This document shows positions 41,463 through 51,988 of a stretch of DNA of 64,000 nucleotides, piece by piece. How positions within the stretch are numbered: the stretch's first letter is position 1; every line of letters begins with the position of its first letter. Source of the stretch: Candidatus Fervidifonticultor sextus (lineage in GTDB: Bacteria > Sysuimicrobiota > Sysuimicrobiia > Sysuimicrobiales > Humicultoraceae); the NCBI GenBank assembly GCA_031459875.1, contig JAVKHQ010000014.1, forward strand, positions 10,620-74,619, in the 5' to 3' direction. A program made the translations under genes and the position numbers. The notes below the pieces were generated by a model. That model was not told the origin of the DNA, searched no databases, and saw nothing but the letters and a program-made list of their open reading frames with translations.

Positions 41463-42809
41463 ATGATGCGCATAGTGGGTGCGAGTACGGCCATCGTGTT
41501 GATCGTGGCCATGGCGACCGGGCCCGCGGTGCGTCCCGCCGCCGGCCAGCAGCGCGTCCAGCTCGACTTCTGGTATGGTCTGGGGCGGCCCCTGGGCGAC
41601 TACATTGACGAGTTCGCCCGGGCCTTCAACGCCTCGCAGACCCGCTACCAGGTCAACGCCACGTTCAAGGGCGGCTACGCCGACACCATGGTGGCCGCGA
41701 TTGCGGCGTTCCGCGCCGGGAACCCGCCGCACATCGTCCAGATGTTCGAGGTGGGCACCGCGACCATGATGGCTGCCAGGGGGGCCATCAAGCCCGTCCA
41801 CGAACTGATGAAGGAAGCCGGCGTGCCCTTCGACCCCAGCATCTACATCCCCGCGGTGCGCAGCTACTACAGCACCGCCGACGGCAAGATGGTGGCCATG
41901 CCGTTCAACACCTCGACGCCCATTCTCTGGTACAATAAGGAAGCCTTCAGGAAGGCCGGTCTCGACCCCAACAATCCACCCAAGACCTGGCCTGAACTGC
42001 GGGCGGCCGCCCAGCGGATCCGGGCGACCAACGCCGCCCCCTGCGGGTACACCACAGCCTGGCCGACCTGGGTGCACTTCGAGAACTTCAGCGCCATCCA
42101 CGACGTGCCGCTGGCGACCAGGGCCAACGGGTTTGAGGGCCTCGATGCCGAGTTGACCTTCAACAGTCCGCTCCACGTCAGGCACCTGCAGTTCCTGATC
42201 GACATGTTGAAGGAGGGCACCTTCAAGTACGGGGGCCGCGACGGGGCAGGCGACGCGCTGTTCCCGTCCGGGGAGTGCGCCATGGACACCATGTCCTCGG
42301 CGCTGTTCGCCCGCGTGCGCCGCGAGGCGAAGTTCGACTGGGGTGTGGGGTTCCTGCCCTACTGGCCCGACGTCAAGGGCGCCCCGAAGAACTCCATCAT
42401 CGGGGGAGCCGCGTTCTGGGTCATGACCTCGCCGCGGCGGACGGCCGAGGAGTACAGGGGGGTCGCGGAGTTCTTCCGGTTCATCAGCACCCCGGAGAAC
42501 ACGGCCAAGTGGCACATGGAGACGGGGTATGTGCCGATCACCTTCACCGGCATGCAGCTGGCCAACGCCATGGGCTACTATCAGTCGAATCCCGGGACCG
42601 ACATCCCGATGAAGCAGCTCACCCGCACTCCGCCCACGAAGAACTCCATGGGGCTGCGGCTGGGCAACATGCCGCAGATCCGCGTCATCATCTACGAGGA
42701 GATCGAGAAGGCGTTCCAGGGCCAGCAGTCGGCCAAGGAGGCTCTGGACAACGCGGTGCGCCGTGGCAATCAGGTCCTGCGGCAGTTTGAGCGCACGGCC
42801 AAGGACTGA
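41463..42809 (+). CDS. ugpB: sn-glycerol-3-phosphate ABC substrate-binding protein
   Basis: FRAGNPPHIVQMFEVGTATMM, PFNTSTP, IIGGA..W, GLRLGN. Confidence 0.9.
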   Translation: MMRIVGASTAIVLIVAMATGPAVRPAAGQQRVQLDFWYGLGRPLGDYIDEFARAFNASQTRYQVNATFKGGYADTMVAAIAAFRAGNPPHIVQMFEVGTATMMAARGAIKPVHELMKEAGVPFDPSIYIPAVRSYYSTADGKMVAMPFNTSTPILWYNKEAFRKAGLDPNNPPKTWPELRAAAQRIRATNAAPCGYTTAWPTWVHFENFSAIHDVPLATRANGFEGLDAELTFNSPLHVRHLQFLIDMLKEGTFKYGGRDGAGDALFPSGECAMDTMSSALFARVRREAKFDWGVGFLPYWPDVKGAPKNSIIGGAAFWVMTSPRRTAEEYRGVAEFFRFISTPENTAKWHMETGYVPITFTGMQLANAMGYYQSNPGTDIPMKQLTRTPPTKNSMGLRLGNMPQIRVIIYEEIEKAFQGQQSAKEALDNAVRRGNQVLRQFERTAKD

Positions 42810-42835
42810 AGGCGCTGACGCCATCTGAAGGCCAC

Positions 42836-42877
42836 CCCCCGGTTCCGCCGGACCCCGCACGGCGGCGGAGCCGGGGG
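42836..42877 (+). terminator. GC-rich hairpin between ugpB and ugpA (attenuator or mRNA stabiliser)
   Basis: CCCCCGGTTCCGCCG pairs with CGGCGGAGCCGGGGG; no U tract. Confidence 0.55.
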
Positions 42878-42897
42878 CGTGTGTCGGAGGCCAGTCC

Positions 42898-43779
42898 GTG
42901 ACGCGACGGGTGGTCTTTCCCAACCGCATCCTTCCCTACCTGCTGCTGGCTCCGCAACTGGCCATCGTCTTTGTGTTCTTCTACTGGCCGGCCGGACAGG
43001 CGCTCTTCCAGTCGGTGGTGCGTCAGGACCCGTTCGGGACGCGCACCACCTTCGTCTGGTTCGAAAACTTCAAGATGGTCCTCGGCGATCCGTCGTACCT
43101 GGGCGCGGTGCGCACGACCGTGCTCTCCTCGGCCGCGATCATCCTGCTGGCCATGTCGGCGGGGCTCCTGCTGGCCGTCACCGCCGACAAACCGATCCGG
43201 GGAGCCGGGGTCTACAAGACGCTGTTGCTGTGGCCCTATGCCGTGGCTCCGGCCGTGGCCGCGGCGTTGTGGTTGTTCATCTTCCACCCGTCCATCGGCA
43301 TCCTCGGCCGCGCCCTGAACCAGATGGGCCTGCACTGGGACTACTACCTGAACGGCGCGCAGGCGCTGTTCCTGATCATTCTGGCTGCGTCGTGGAAGCA
43401 GGTGAGCTACAACTTCATCTTCTTTCTGGCCGGCCTGCAGTCCATCCCCCGGTCGGTGGTGGAGGCCGCGGCCGTGGACGGGGCCGGGGGGCGCCAGCGG
43501 TTCTGGAAGGTCGTCTTCCCCCTCCTGTCGCCGACGACGTTCTTCCTGCTGGTCGTCAACCTGATCTACGCCTTCATCGACACCTTCGGCGTGATCCACT
43601 CGCTGACACGGGGAGGCCCCGGAAAGGCCACGGAGACCCTGGTCTACAAGGTGTACGTGGACGGGGTCATCAACCTGGACCTGGGCGGCTCGTCGGCGCA
43701 ATCGGTGATCCTCCTGCTGGTGGTCATCACGGTGACGGCCCTGCAGTTTCGATTCGTCGAGCGCCGGGTGCACTACTGA
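42898..43779 (+). CDS. ugpA: G3P ABC permease UgpA
   Basis: [36 protein letters not shown]. Confidence 0.92.
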   Translation: MTRRVVFPNRILPYLLLAPQLAIVFVFFYWPAGQALFQSVVRQDPFGTRTTFVWFENFKMVLGDPSYLGAVRTTVLSSAAIILLAMSAGLLLAVTADKPIRGAGVYKTLLLWPYAVAPAVAAALWLFIFHPSIGILGRALNQMGLHWDYYLNGAQALFLIILAASWKQVSYNFIFFLAGLQSIPRSVVEAAAVDGAGGRQRFWKVVFPLLSPTTFFLLVVNLIYAFIDTFGVIHSLTRGGPGKATETLVYKVYVDGVINLDLGGSSAQSVILLLVVITVTALQFRFVERRVHY

Positions 43780-44672
43780 TGCGCGAGGCGGTGCTCCCCC
43801 GCGTCGAGACCGCTGCCCCCGCGCGGATGCGGTGGCGACCCACCCAGTGGCTGGCCCACCTCATCCTGATCGTCGGGGTGGCGACCTTTGCCTTCCCGGT
43901 CTACATGGCCGTCATCGGCTCGACCCACGATGCGCCCACGATCGCCCGAGGCGAAATGCCGCTGACGCCGGGGCCCTACGCCATTGAGAACTACCGGCAG
44001 GCCTGGACCTCCGGCCAGGGCGAGCGGGTGAAGGCCTCCCCGGTCAGCCGGATGATGCTGAACAGCCTGGTCATGGCGCTGGTGATCGCCTCGGGCAAGA
44101 TCGCCGTGTCCATCATCTCGGCCTTTGCGGTGGCATTCTTCCACTTCCCCCTCCGCATGTTCTTCTTCTGGATGATCTTCATCACCCTGATGCTTCCGGT
44201 CGAGGTGCGGATCATCCCGACCTACAAGGTGGTCTCCGACCTGGGGCTCATCAACACATTTGCGGGCCTGACCATTCCGCTCATCGCGTCGGCTACGGCG
44301 ACGCTGATCTTTCGTCAGTTCTTCCTGACCGTTCCCGACGAACTCGTGGACGCGGCCAAGGTGGACGGGGCCGGTCCGCTGCGGTTCTTCTGGAGCATCC
44401 TGTTGCCGCTGTCCAGCACCACGGTTGCCGCGCTGTTCATCATCCTCTTCGTCTACGGATGGAACCAGTACCTGTGGCCGCTGTTGATCACCACCGCGCG
44501 GGAGATGGACACCATCGTCATCGGAATCACCAAGATGATCGGCAGCGCCGAGGCCCAGACCGACTGGCAGATCATCATGGCGACCTCGGTGCTGGCCATG
44601 CTCCCGCCGGTGGCGGTGGTGATCCTGATGCAACGGTGGTTCGTCAAGGGCCTGACCGAGACCGAGAAGTGA
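43779..44672 (+). CDS. ugpE: G3P ABC permease UgpE
   Basis: TLMLPVEVRI.PT, ASATAT..FRQFF, WNQYLWP, FVKGL.ETEK. Confidence 0.92.
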   Translation: MREAVLPRVETAAPARMRWRPTQWLAHLILIVGVATFAFPVYMAVIGSTHDAPTIARGEMPLTPGPYAIENYRQAWTSGQGERVKASPVSRMMLNSLVMALVIASGKIAVSIISAFAVAFFHFPLRMFFFWMIFITLMLPVEVRIIPTYKVVSDLGLINTFAGLTIPLIASATATLIFRQFFLTVPDELVDAAKVDGAGPLRFFWSILLPLSSTTVAALFIILFVYGWNQYLWPLLITTAREMDTIVIGITKMIGSAEAQTDWQIIMATSVLAMLPPVAVVILMQRWFVKGLTETEK

Positions 44673-45730
44673 GCGCCCGGGCCATCCAACCCGTGCTGGA
44701 CGCGCTGAGGGCGTGGCGGCCTCCCAAGGAATGGGCCGCCGTGACCGTCGTGGACGCCCACGCTGCCGGTGAGCCCCTCCGGGTCGTCACCGGCGGCGTG
44801 CCGCCGATCCCCGGCCGGACGATGCTGGAGAAGCGGCGGTACGCGCAAACCCACCTGGATCGCCTGCGCCGTCTGGTGATCTGTGAACCGCGGGGGCACG
44901 CCGATATGTACGCGTGCCTGGTGACCGAGCCGGTGACACCGGACGGCGACCTCGGGGTGCTGTTCCTCCACAACGAGGGCTTCAGCACCATGTGCGGACA
45001 CGGCATCATCGGGCTGGTCACGGTCCTCCTGGAGACCGGCGCCGTGGCCGCGGAGGGAACTGTCCCCACCCTGCGGCTGGACACCCCGGCCGGCCGGGTG
45101 ACCGCCTGGGCTCGCATGCGCGAGGGCCGGGTCGCCAGCGTGGCATTCGAGAATGTGCCCTCCTTCGTTTACGCCCTGGATCAGGCGGCCGAGGTGCCCG
45201 GGTTCGGCCGGGTGCGCTACGACGTGGCCTTCGGCGGCGCGTTCTATGCCTACGGCGAGGCGGCCGACCTGGGCGTCCGGCTGGTTCCCGGAGCATTCCG
45301 CCGGCTCATCGAGGTCGGGACCGCGGTCACGCGCGCCGTGGCCTCTACCCTTCCGGTGCGCCATCCGGACGCTCCCGACCTCGGGTTCGTCTACGGCACG
45401 ATCATCACGGGCCCACCGGAGGGCTCAGGCGCCCACAGCCGCAACGTCTGCATCTTCGCCGACGGCCAGGTGGACCGGTCGCCGACCGGCACCGGCGTAA
45501 GCGGGCGGCTGGCGATCGAGTTCACCCGCCGCCGGCTGGACGTCGGACAGCCGTTCGTGGTGGAGAGCCTGATCGGCACTACCTTTACCGGGCGCATTCT
45601 GCGGACCGTCAACGTCGGGGACGTCCCCGGGGTGATTCCCGAGATCGAGGGGGCGGCATACGTTACAGGCCACAGCGAACTCGTGGTGGCCCCGGGCGAT
45701 CCCCTGGAGACCGGCTTCCTCCTGCGGTAG
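44669..45730 (+). CDS. Proline racemase family, Cys/Thr type (probable trans-3-hydroxy-L-proline dehydratase)
   Basis: D.H.AGEP.R, EPRGH.DMY, MCGH, DRSPTGTG. Confidence 0.85.
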   Translation: MSARAIQPVLDALRAWRPPKEWAAVTVVDAHAAGEPLRVVTGGVPPIPGRTMLEKRRYAQTHLDRLRRLVICEPRGHADMYACLVTEPVTPDGDLGVLFLHNEGFSTMCGHGIIGLVTVLLETGAVAAEGTVPTLRLDTPAGRVTAWARMREGRVASVAFENVPSFVYALDQAAEVPGFGRVRYDVAFGGAFYAYGEAADLGVRLVPGAFRRLIEVGTAVTRAVASTLPVRHPDAPDLGFVYGTIITGPPEGSGAHSRNVCIFADGQVDRSPTGTGVSGRLAIEFTRRRLDVGQPFVVESLIGTTFTGRILRTVNVGDVPGVIPEIEGAAYVTGHSELVVAPGDPLETGFLLR

Positions 45731-45734
45731 GAGT

Positions 45735-46574
45735 ATGTGGGCCCTGATGACCGTGGCGCTCGGCCTGCTGGCTCTGGTGGCCGGCCCGGCGGTCTCCCCC
45801 ACCGTGGACGTCCACGCCCACCGAGGCGGCGCCGGGCTGGCACCGGAGAACACCTTAGCCGCTTTCCGCAACGCCCTGGCGCTGGGCGCAGACTACCTCG
45901 AGATGGACCTCCATGCTTCCGCAGAGGGCGAGGTGGTGGTCATCCACGATGCGACGCTGCAGCGCACCACCACCGGGCGCGGCTACGTGCGGCAGACGCC
46001 GCTGGCCGAACTCAAGCGCCTGGATGCCGGATCCTGGTTCCACAGCCGGTTCGCCGGTGAGCGGATTCCGACCCTGCGCGAGGTGCTGGAGATGGTCCGC
46101 GCTTCGGGCGACACCCGCATCCGCTTGAATCTGGAGACCAAGTACGATGCCAATGCGCCGCCGCCCGCCGACTTCGAGGAACGCATCCTCGGGCTCGTGC
46201 GCGAGGCGGGGATGAGTGACCGCATCCTCCTCCAGTCTTTCTTCTCTCCTTCGTTGGTCCGGGTGAGGGCTCTCAGTGCCGCCGTCCCGACCGCCGTGCT
46301 CCGCCGCGTCAGCGACATCCCGTCCGACGCCGTGGCGGTGGTCCGCGAGGTCCGGGCCAGCGTCTACTCCCCGAACTTCAGGCTCATCGGGCCCGACCTC
46401 GTCGAGGCGCTCCACCGCGCCGGCGTGCCCGTGGTCCCCTGGACGGTCAACGAGCCTGCGGACATGGAGCGGCTGCTGGAGGCGGGCATCGGGAGGCTTC
46501 CCGGCGACGGGATCATCACCGACTACCCCGACCGCCTGCTCCAGCTCCTGCGCGCCCGGGGGCTGCACCGCTAG
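45735..46574 (+). CDS. Glycerophosphodiester phosphodiesterase (GlpQ/UgpQ-like) with N-terminal signal
   Basis: AHRGG...PENT..AF, E.D, HD..L.RTT, WTVN, ITDYP. Confidence 0.92.
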   Translation: MWALMTVALGLLALVAGPAVSPTVDVHAHRGGAGLAPENTLAAFRNALALGADYLEMDLHASAEGEVVVIHDATLQRTTTGRGYVRQTPLAELKRLDAGSWFHSRFAGERIPTLREVLEMVRASGDTRIRLNLETKYDANAPPPADFEERILGLVREAGMSDRILLQSFFSPSLVRVRALSAAVPTAVLRRVSDIPSDAVAVVREVRASVYSPNFRLIGPDLVEALHRAGVPVVPWTVNEPADMERLLEAGIGRLPGDGIITDYPDRLLQLLRARGLHR

Positions 46575-46663
46575 CGGCCGTCCGTCGGCTCCGGATCATC
46601 TGCGGCAGGGAGGAGCCCGCGCACCGCCGAACCCCGCCATGCGCTCGGCAGGATGGTGGGGGG

Positions 46664-47122
46664 TTGCCTGCGGCACCGAGCCGGTCTTCGAGGGCGGAGG
46701 CGCTTGCACTCCGGCGCAGCCTCGTTCGTCTGGTGCGGCGCCAGGTCGCCGCGCTGAACCGGCGGGACCTGGACGGCCTGATGGCCCTGTACGCCGACGA
46801 CGCGGTGCTGGAGTTTCCCGCCAGCCCCGTCCTCACCGGGCGGAGCGCCATCCGGAAGGCCTACGAGCGCTTCTTCCGCGACTGGGAGGAACAGGTGACC
46901 CTCAAAAACGTGGAGGTACAAGGACAGGTGGTCACCGCCCGCGGCATCGCCAGGGGCCGGCACCGCGCCGTCCAGTTGCGCATTCCCGGGCAGGTGCCCG
47001 TCCCGCTGCAGGCCTACCGGCACACCTTCATCGTGTCGTGGGAGATCGCGGACAACAGGATCCGTCGTCACCGCGTGGACTACGACACCGAAGGCCTGGT
47101 GCGGCAGTTGCTGGGCGTGTGA
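46664..47122 (+). CDS. SnoaL/NTF2-like protein
   Basis: N..D.D....YA.DAV, G..AI, terminal YD; start uncertain. Confidence 0.75.
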   Translation: MPAAPSRSSRAEALALRRSLVRLVRRQVAALNRRDLDGLMALYADDAVLEFPASPVLTGRSAIRKAYERFFRDWEEQVTLKNVEVQGQVVTARGIARGRHRAVQLRIPGQVPVPLQAYRHTFIVSWEIADNRIRRHRVDYDTEGLVRQLLGV

Positions 47123-47136
47123 GGAAGGACAGGCCG

Positions 47137-48099
47137 ATGGACGCGGTCACCGCCGTCGCGTCGCTGGCGGAGCGGCTGCGGGCCAACGTCGAGCGGGTGA
47201 TCGTCGGCAAGGCCGACGTCATCGAGCAGGCGCTGGTCGCGGTGCTGTGCGAGGGCCACATCCTCATCGAGGATGTACCCGGCATCGGCAAGACCATGCT
47301 GGCCAAGGCCCTGGCGCGGTCGCTGGGGTGCTCCTTCCGCCGGATCCAGTGCACCCCCGATTTGCTGCCTTCAGACATCACCGGTCTGGAGTACTACAAC
47401 CAGAAGATCCAGACGTTCGAGTTCCGTCCCGGGCCGGTCTTCGCGCAGATCGTACTGGCCGACGAGATCAACCGGGCCACACCCCGCACCCAGGCGGCGT
47501 TGCTGGAGTGCATGGAAGAACGCCAGGTGACCAGCGAGGGACAGACGCGGCCCCTGGCCCGGCCGTTTGTGGTGCTCGCCACCCAGAACCCCGTTGAACT
47601 GCAGGGGACCTTTCCGCTGCCGGAGGCCCAGCTCGACCGGTTCCTGATGCGCCTGGTGCTCGGCTATCCGTCGGCGGCCGACGAACAGGAGATCCTGCGC
47701 CGGTACCGGATCGGTCGCATCCTGGATGACCTCCAGCCGGTAGCGGCGCCGGAGGAGGTCCTGAGCATGATCGAAGCGGTGCGCACGGTCTACGTCAGCC
47801 CGGCCGTCGAGGCGTACGTCGTCGCCATCGCGCACGCCACCCGGATCCACCCCGAGGTCGAACTGGGCCTGAGCCCGCGCGGCAGCCTGAGCCTGCACCG
47901 GACCGCCCAGGCCCTGGCGGCCGTCGGGGGCCGCCGCTATGTCCTGCCGGACGATGTGAAGGCGATGGCGCCGCCGGTGTGCGCGCACCGCTTGATCCTC
48001 ACCAGCGGCGCGCGGCTGCGGGACCGCACCGCGACCGAGATCATCGGCGAGGTCCTCCGCACCGTCCCGGCACCGGTGGAGCGCGAAGCGCGGCCGTAG
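47137..48099 (+). CDS. MoxR family AAA+ ATPase
   Basis: EDVPGIGKT, TPDLLPSDITG, DEINRA, ATQNP, LPEAQLDRF. Confidence 0.95.
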   Translation: MDAVTAVASLAERLRANVERVIVGKADVIEQALVAVLCEGHILIEDVPGIGKTMLAKALARSLGCSFRRIQCTPDLLPSDITGLEYYNQKIQTFEFRPGPVFAQIVLADEINRATPRTQAALLECMEERQVTSEGQTRPLARPFVVLATQNPVELQGTFPLPEAQLDRFLMRLVLGYPSAADEQEILRRYRIGRILDDLQPVAAPEEVLSMIEAVRTVYVSPAVEAYVVAIAHATRIHPEVELGLSPRGSLSLHRTAQALAAVGGRRYVLPDDVKAMAPPVCAHRLILTSGARLRDRTATEIIGEVLRTVPAPVEREARP

Positions 48100-48128
48100 G
48101 GAGTGACCACCAGGGAGCGCGGCCCGTC

Positions 48129-49352
48129 ATGTTCTCCCGGGGCTGGCTGATCCTCGGGGCGCTACTGCTCGGTTTTGGCTTGGCCGTGCACTCGGGCGGG
48201 CCGTTCCTGATCGGCGCGATTCTGCTGCTCGGCGCGGGGGCTTCGTATCTCTCACACCGCTACTGCCTGGAGTGCGTGGAGTTCCGGCGGTCGTTCGTTC
48301 CCCGGCGGGCTTTCTATGGGGAGACCGTTACGCTCATCCTGGAGGTGACCAACCGCAAGTGGCTGCCGCTCGCCTGGCTGGAGGTGACCGACGAACTTCC
48401 CGAGGAGATCGTCCCCCAACGCGGCCGGATTATCCCCAGCGTGCGGCAACGCCGCCAGCACCTGCTCCACCTGTTCTCGCTGCGGTGGTTCGAACGCGTC
48501 CGGCGGCGGGTCACCGTGATGTGCACGGCCAGGGGGTATTTCGCCCTGGGGCCCGCGCGTCTGCGATCGGGCGACCTCTTCGGGATCACGTCGAACGGGA
48601 AGACCCTGGAGGAGACCGACCGCCTCATCGTCTACCCCAAGATCGTGCCCCTGGAAGCCCTGGGCCTTCCGGCGCTGCACCCCCTGGGGGACCAGCGCGC
48701 CCCGCGGCCGCTGCTTGAAGATCCGGTCCGCACCGTCGGCGTGCGCGACTACCTGCCCGAGGACCCCATGCGGCGTGTCCACTGGAAGGCTACCGCCCGC
48801 GCCGGTCGCCTGCAGACCCGGCAGTACGAGGCCACGACGGCGCACCGCCTAGTCGTCATGCTGAACATGGACACCCTGGGGGAATACGCCGGGTACCGGG
48901 GGTTCGTACGCCCGCTGCTCGAGTTGAGCATCATGGTGGCGGCGTCGCTTGCCGCGTGGGCGACCGATCAGGGGATTCCCGTCGGGGTCTACGCCAACGG
49001 GTATCTCCCCGGGGGTCTGCAGCGCGTGCGCCTGGCGCCAGCGCTGGGAGAGGCGCACCTGACCGGGATCCTGGAGGCCCTGGCGAAGGTCTTCCCCACC
49101 CCGGTCATCCCGCTGGGCGACCTGATGGCGCTGGAGGCGGGGGTGTTGCCGTGGGGGACGACGGCGGTCGTCGTCACGGCGGTGATCGATTCCCCGCTCC
49201 TGGCGGGCATCCGGATGCTGCGGGACGCCGGGCATGCCGTGGTTTTGGTGCTGGTCGGCGATCAGGTGCAGGACCCGCACCTCGGGACCCCGACCCACCG
49301 GGTGAAGGGCGAGGTGGGCTGGCGTGCGATGGACGAGATCCGCCTCGTCTGA
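48129..49352 (+). CDS. DUF58 domain protein
   Basis: RG.F.LGP, VYP, VRDY.P.DP.RRVHWKATAR. Confidence 0.9.
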   Translation: MFSRGWLILGALLLGFGLAVHSGGPFLIGAILLLGAGASYLSHRYCLECVEFRRSFVPRRAFYGETVTLILEVTNRKWLPLAWLEVTDELPEEIVPQRGRIIPSVRQRRQHLLHLFSLRWFERVRRRVTVMCTARGYFALGPARLRSGDLFGITSNGKTLEETDRLIVYPKIVPLEALGLPALHPLGDQRAPRPLLEDPVRTVGVRDYLPEDPMRRVHWKATARAGRLQTRQYEATTAHRLVVMLNMDTLGEYAGYRGFVRPLLELSIMVAASLAAWATDQGIPVGVYANGYLPGGLQRVRLAPALGEAHLTGILEALAKVFPTPVIPLGDLMALEAGVLPWGTTAVVVTAVIDSPLLAGIRMLRDAGHAVVLVLVGDQVQDPHLGTPTHRVKGEVGWRAMDEIRLV

Positions 49353-50862
49353 GCCGCCGGGCGCAGGCGGCGGGGCCGGCGGCCGCGCGGAGCCCCCCTG
49401 GTCTGGCCGGGGCCCGGCCGGATTCTGGGAGGGCCTCCGGCGCGTGCTCCCGCCGGCGCGCGTGGCGATGGAGTTCTGCTGGCTCTATCCCTGGATCGTC
49501 GTGCTGGGCGGCGGGTTCTACGGCGCGACGGGTCCCGTCCTGTCGAGGGGATGGGCGTTTGTCCTCCTGGTGGGGGCACAGGTGGCGGTCAGGCCGGTGC
49601 TCGACCGGGGAATCCCCCTGCCCCGCGCCCGCGCGGTGCTGGTGGGAGTGGGGCTGGGCCTGGGCTTGCTTGCCGTGCACGCACAGCACTACGCCGTCAT
49701 CCCCCTCTGGAGCCCGACCTGGGTGGCTTCGCTGCTGCAGGCCGCGCACGAGACGCTGCCGGCGGTCCCCAAGCCGGTGGCCGGTGCGCTGGCCGCAGCC
49801 CTGCTGTGGTGGCGGGGTTTGGTCCTCGGCGCACGCGCGGCCAGCGCCATTGAGGTCGAGCAGGCCTACCGGACCGGCGTCGGCATGGTCGTCCTCTACG
49901 TCGTTGCGGCTGCGATCTACGGCGACACGCAGGCGTTCCAGGCGGCGGGTCCCGCGCTGCCGGGTCTGCTGCCGGCGTTCTTCTTCCTCGGCCTGTCTGT
50001 GCTGGCGCTGATGCGCCTGGCGGTGATCTGGGATCGCATTCGGCCCGACGAGCGGACGCACTTTCCCGCGCGGGTCTGGCTGCTGCTGGTGATCGGCGTG
50101 GTGGGGGTGATCCTGCTGGCCGCCGGTGCGGCGGCCGGCCTGGCCGCGGCCGACGTCTCCACCTACCTGGGGCTGGCGCTGAGCCCGCTGTTGCCGGTAG
50201 TCGAGATTCTCTTCCTGGTGCTGTTCGTGGTTGCGGGGATTCTGGTCAGACTGCTGATCGCCGTGCTCTCGCGGCTGCCGTACAGGGAGATGCCCGATCT
50301 CCAGACGCCGCCGACGGTATTCGACGACCTGTTGCGCCGCCTGCGCGAACTCGAGATGAACCCGCAGATGGTGGAAGGGGCCCGGTGGGGGATGGTAGCG
50401 CTGGTGGTGCTCCTGCTGGTCATCGCGATGGCATTGACCATCGTGCTGATGCGCCGACGCGAGGGGTCACCGGACGAAGACCAGCGCGAGTCGGTGTGGT
50501 CGGCGCGCGAGCTGCTGCGGGGACTGACCGGGGTGCTGCCGCGAATCGGCCGTCCTCGGCCGCCCGCGGAGGATCGGGCCGGGCCGACGGCAGGGACGAT
50601 TCGGAGGATCTATCGGGAGTTGCTGCGCCTGGGCGGCACGCAGGGGACGCCGCGCCCGTCCTGGATGACGCCGCGTGAGCACGAGCCGCGACTCCGGGGC
50701 GTCTTCACCAGAGCCGCCGAGGACGTGGGCGTGCTCACCGCGGCCTACGAACGTGTCCGCTACGGCGGCGCCCGCCCCACGGCGGCGGAGGTCCGGGCCG
50801 CCGGGGAGGCGCTCGAACGGATCAAAGCCTCGCTGGCGCCGGGTCCGGGGGCGGCGGGCTAG
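49324..50862 (+). CDS. Multi-TM protein with C-terminal DUF4129
   Basis: Many TM segments; IRRIY..L, TP.E, LT..YE.VRYG; start uncertain. Confidence 0.8.
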   Translation: MRWTRSASSEPPGAGGGAGGRAEPPWSGRGPAGFWEGLRRVLPPARVAMEFCWLYPWIVVLGGGFYGATGPVLSRGWAFVLLVGAQVAVRPVLDRGIPLPRARAVLVGVGLGLGLLAVHAQHYAVIPLWSPTWVASLLQAAHETLPAVPKPVAGALAAALLWWRGLVLGARAASAIEVEQAYRTGVGMVVLYVVAAAIYGDTQAFQAAGPALPGLLPAFFFLGLSVLALMRLAVIWDRIRPDERTHFPARVWLLLVIGVVGVILLAAGAAAGLAAADVSTYLGLALSPLLPVVEILFLVLFVVAGILVRLLIAVLSRLPYREMPDLQTPPTVFDDLLRRLRELEMNPQMVEGARWGMVALVVLLLVIAMALTIVLMRRREGSPDEDQRESVWSARELLRGLTGVLPRIGRPRPPAEDRAGPTAGTIRRIYRELLRLGGTQGTPRPSWMTPREHEPRLRGVFTRAAEDVGVLTAAYERVRYGGARPTAAEVRAAGEALERIKASLAPGPGAAG

Positions 50863-51197
50863 GCCGTCTTCTGGGGGATGCAGCAGATGAACTTGAGCGG
50901 CCTGCTGCCGGTGTTCCTGATCTGGTGCCGCTCGTGGGGCGGCACCCACATCACGTGCCCGGGCTGCAACGGGCGTTCACCCTCGTCGCCGACCATCACG
51001 CCCTCGCCGTCGAGCAGGTACATCTCCTGTTCGTACCAGTGCTCGTGCAGCGGCGTGGCGGCGCCGGGCGCGACCTCGAAAATCCGCATGGCGAAGTTCT
51101 GCGCGCCGCGCTTGTGGTCGATGACCCAGCGGATCTTCACGCCGGGCATAGATTCGGGCTCTTCGGCGGGGACATCCTCAGGGCGAAAGATTTCCAT
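50859..51197 (-). CDS. Cupin domain protein
   Basis: FAMR.F...PG..TP.H.H..E, P..E.H...N.G. Confidence 0.85.
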   Translation of the reverse strand: MEIFRPEDVPAEEPESMPGVKIRWVIDHKRGAQNFAMRIFEVAPGAATPLHEHWYEQEMYLLDGEGVMVGDEGERPLQPGHVMWVPPHERHQIRNTGSRPLKFICCIPQKTA

Positions 51198-51334
51198 GGC
51201 ACCTGATAGCGCACCACTTTCGTGTGTTATTCTATCTAGGTTCCTGGATTCCTTCATCCGACTAACCGCAATCTATGCAGATGTTGCCGGCACAGGCTGT
51301 CGGTTGGCTGTGTTGCCGAATGGGAGAGAGGGAC

Positions 51335-51979
51335 ATGGGTGGTGAACTGCTGGCTGCGGAAGTCAGGGCGTACCTCGACGACCTGGTGCCGCCTCGTCCG
51401 GCGGAGATGCAGAGGATGGAGGCCTATGCGCGGCAGACGCGGTTCCCCATCATCGGGCCGGCCGCGGGCCATTTCTGTTATCTGTTGGCACGGATGATCG
51501 GTGCGCGGCGGGTCTTCGAGATGGGATCAGGCTACGGCTACTCGACCGCCTGGTTCGCGCAGGCCGTGAAGGAAAACGGCGGCGGGACGGTGTTCCACGT
51601 TGTCTGGGATGAGGACCTGTCACGTCGGGCGAGGAGGCATCTGGCCGCGCTGGGGTACGAGGGGATCGTCCAGTACCGGGTCGGGGAGGCGGTTCAGGCC
51701 CTGCGCGAGACCGAGGGGACGTTCGATCTGATCTTCAACGACATCGACAAGCAGGCCTATCCGGACTCGCTGCCGGTGGTCGCCGACAAACTCCGGCCGG
51801 GCGGCGTCCTCATTGCAGACAACATGTTCTGGAACGGGCGGGTCTTCGATCCGAACGACCGTTCCCTTTCCACCTGGGGAGTCCGCGAGTTCACCCGGCT
51901 GATTGTACGCGACCCGCGGTGGAGTGTTTCGGTGGTTCCGATCCGGGACGGGCTGCTGGTCGCCTGCCGGACGGGTTGA
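51335..51979 (+). CDS. SAM-dependent O-methyltransferase
   Basis: E.GSGYGYS, FD.IF.DIDK..Y, LRPGG...ADN, PIRDG. Confidence 0.88.
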   Translation: MGGELLAAEVRAYLDDLVPPRPAEMQRMEAYARQTRFPIIGPAAGHFCYLLARMIGARRVFEMGSGYGYSTAWFAQAVKENGGGTVFHVVWDEDLSRRARRHLAALGYEGIVQYRVGEAVQALRETEGTFDLIFNDIDKQAYPDSLPVVADKLRPGGVLIADNMFWNGRVFDPNDRSLSTWGVREFTRLIVRDPRWSVSVVPIRDGLLVACRTG

Positions 51980-51988
51980 GCCCGCAGG

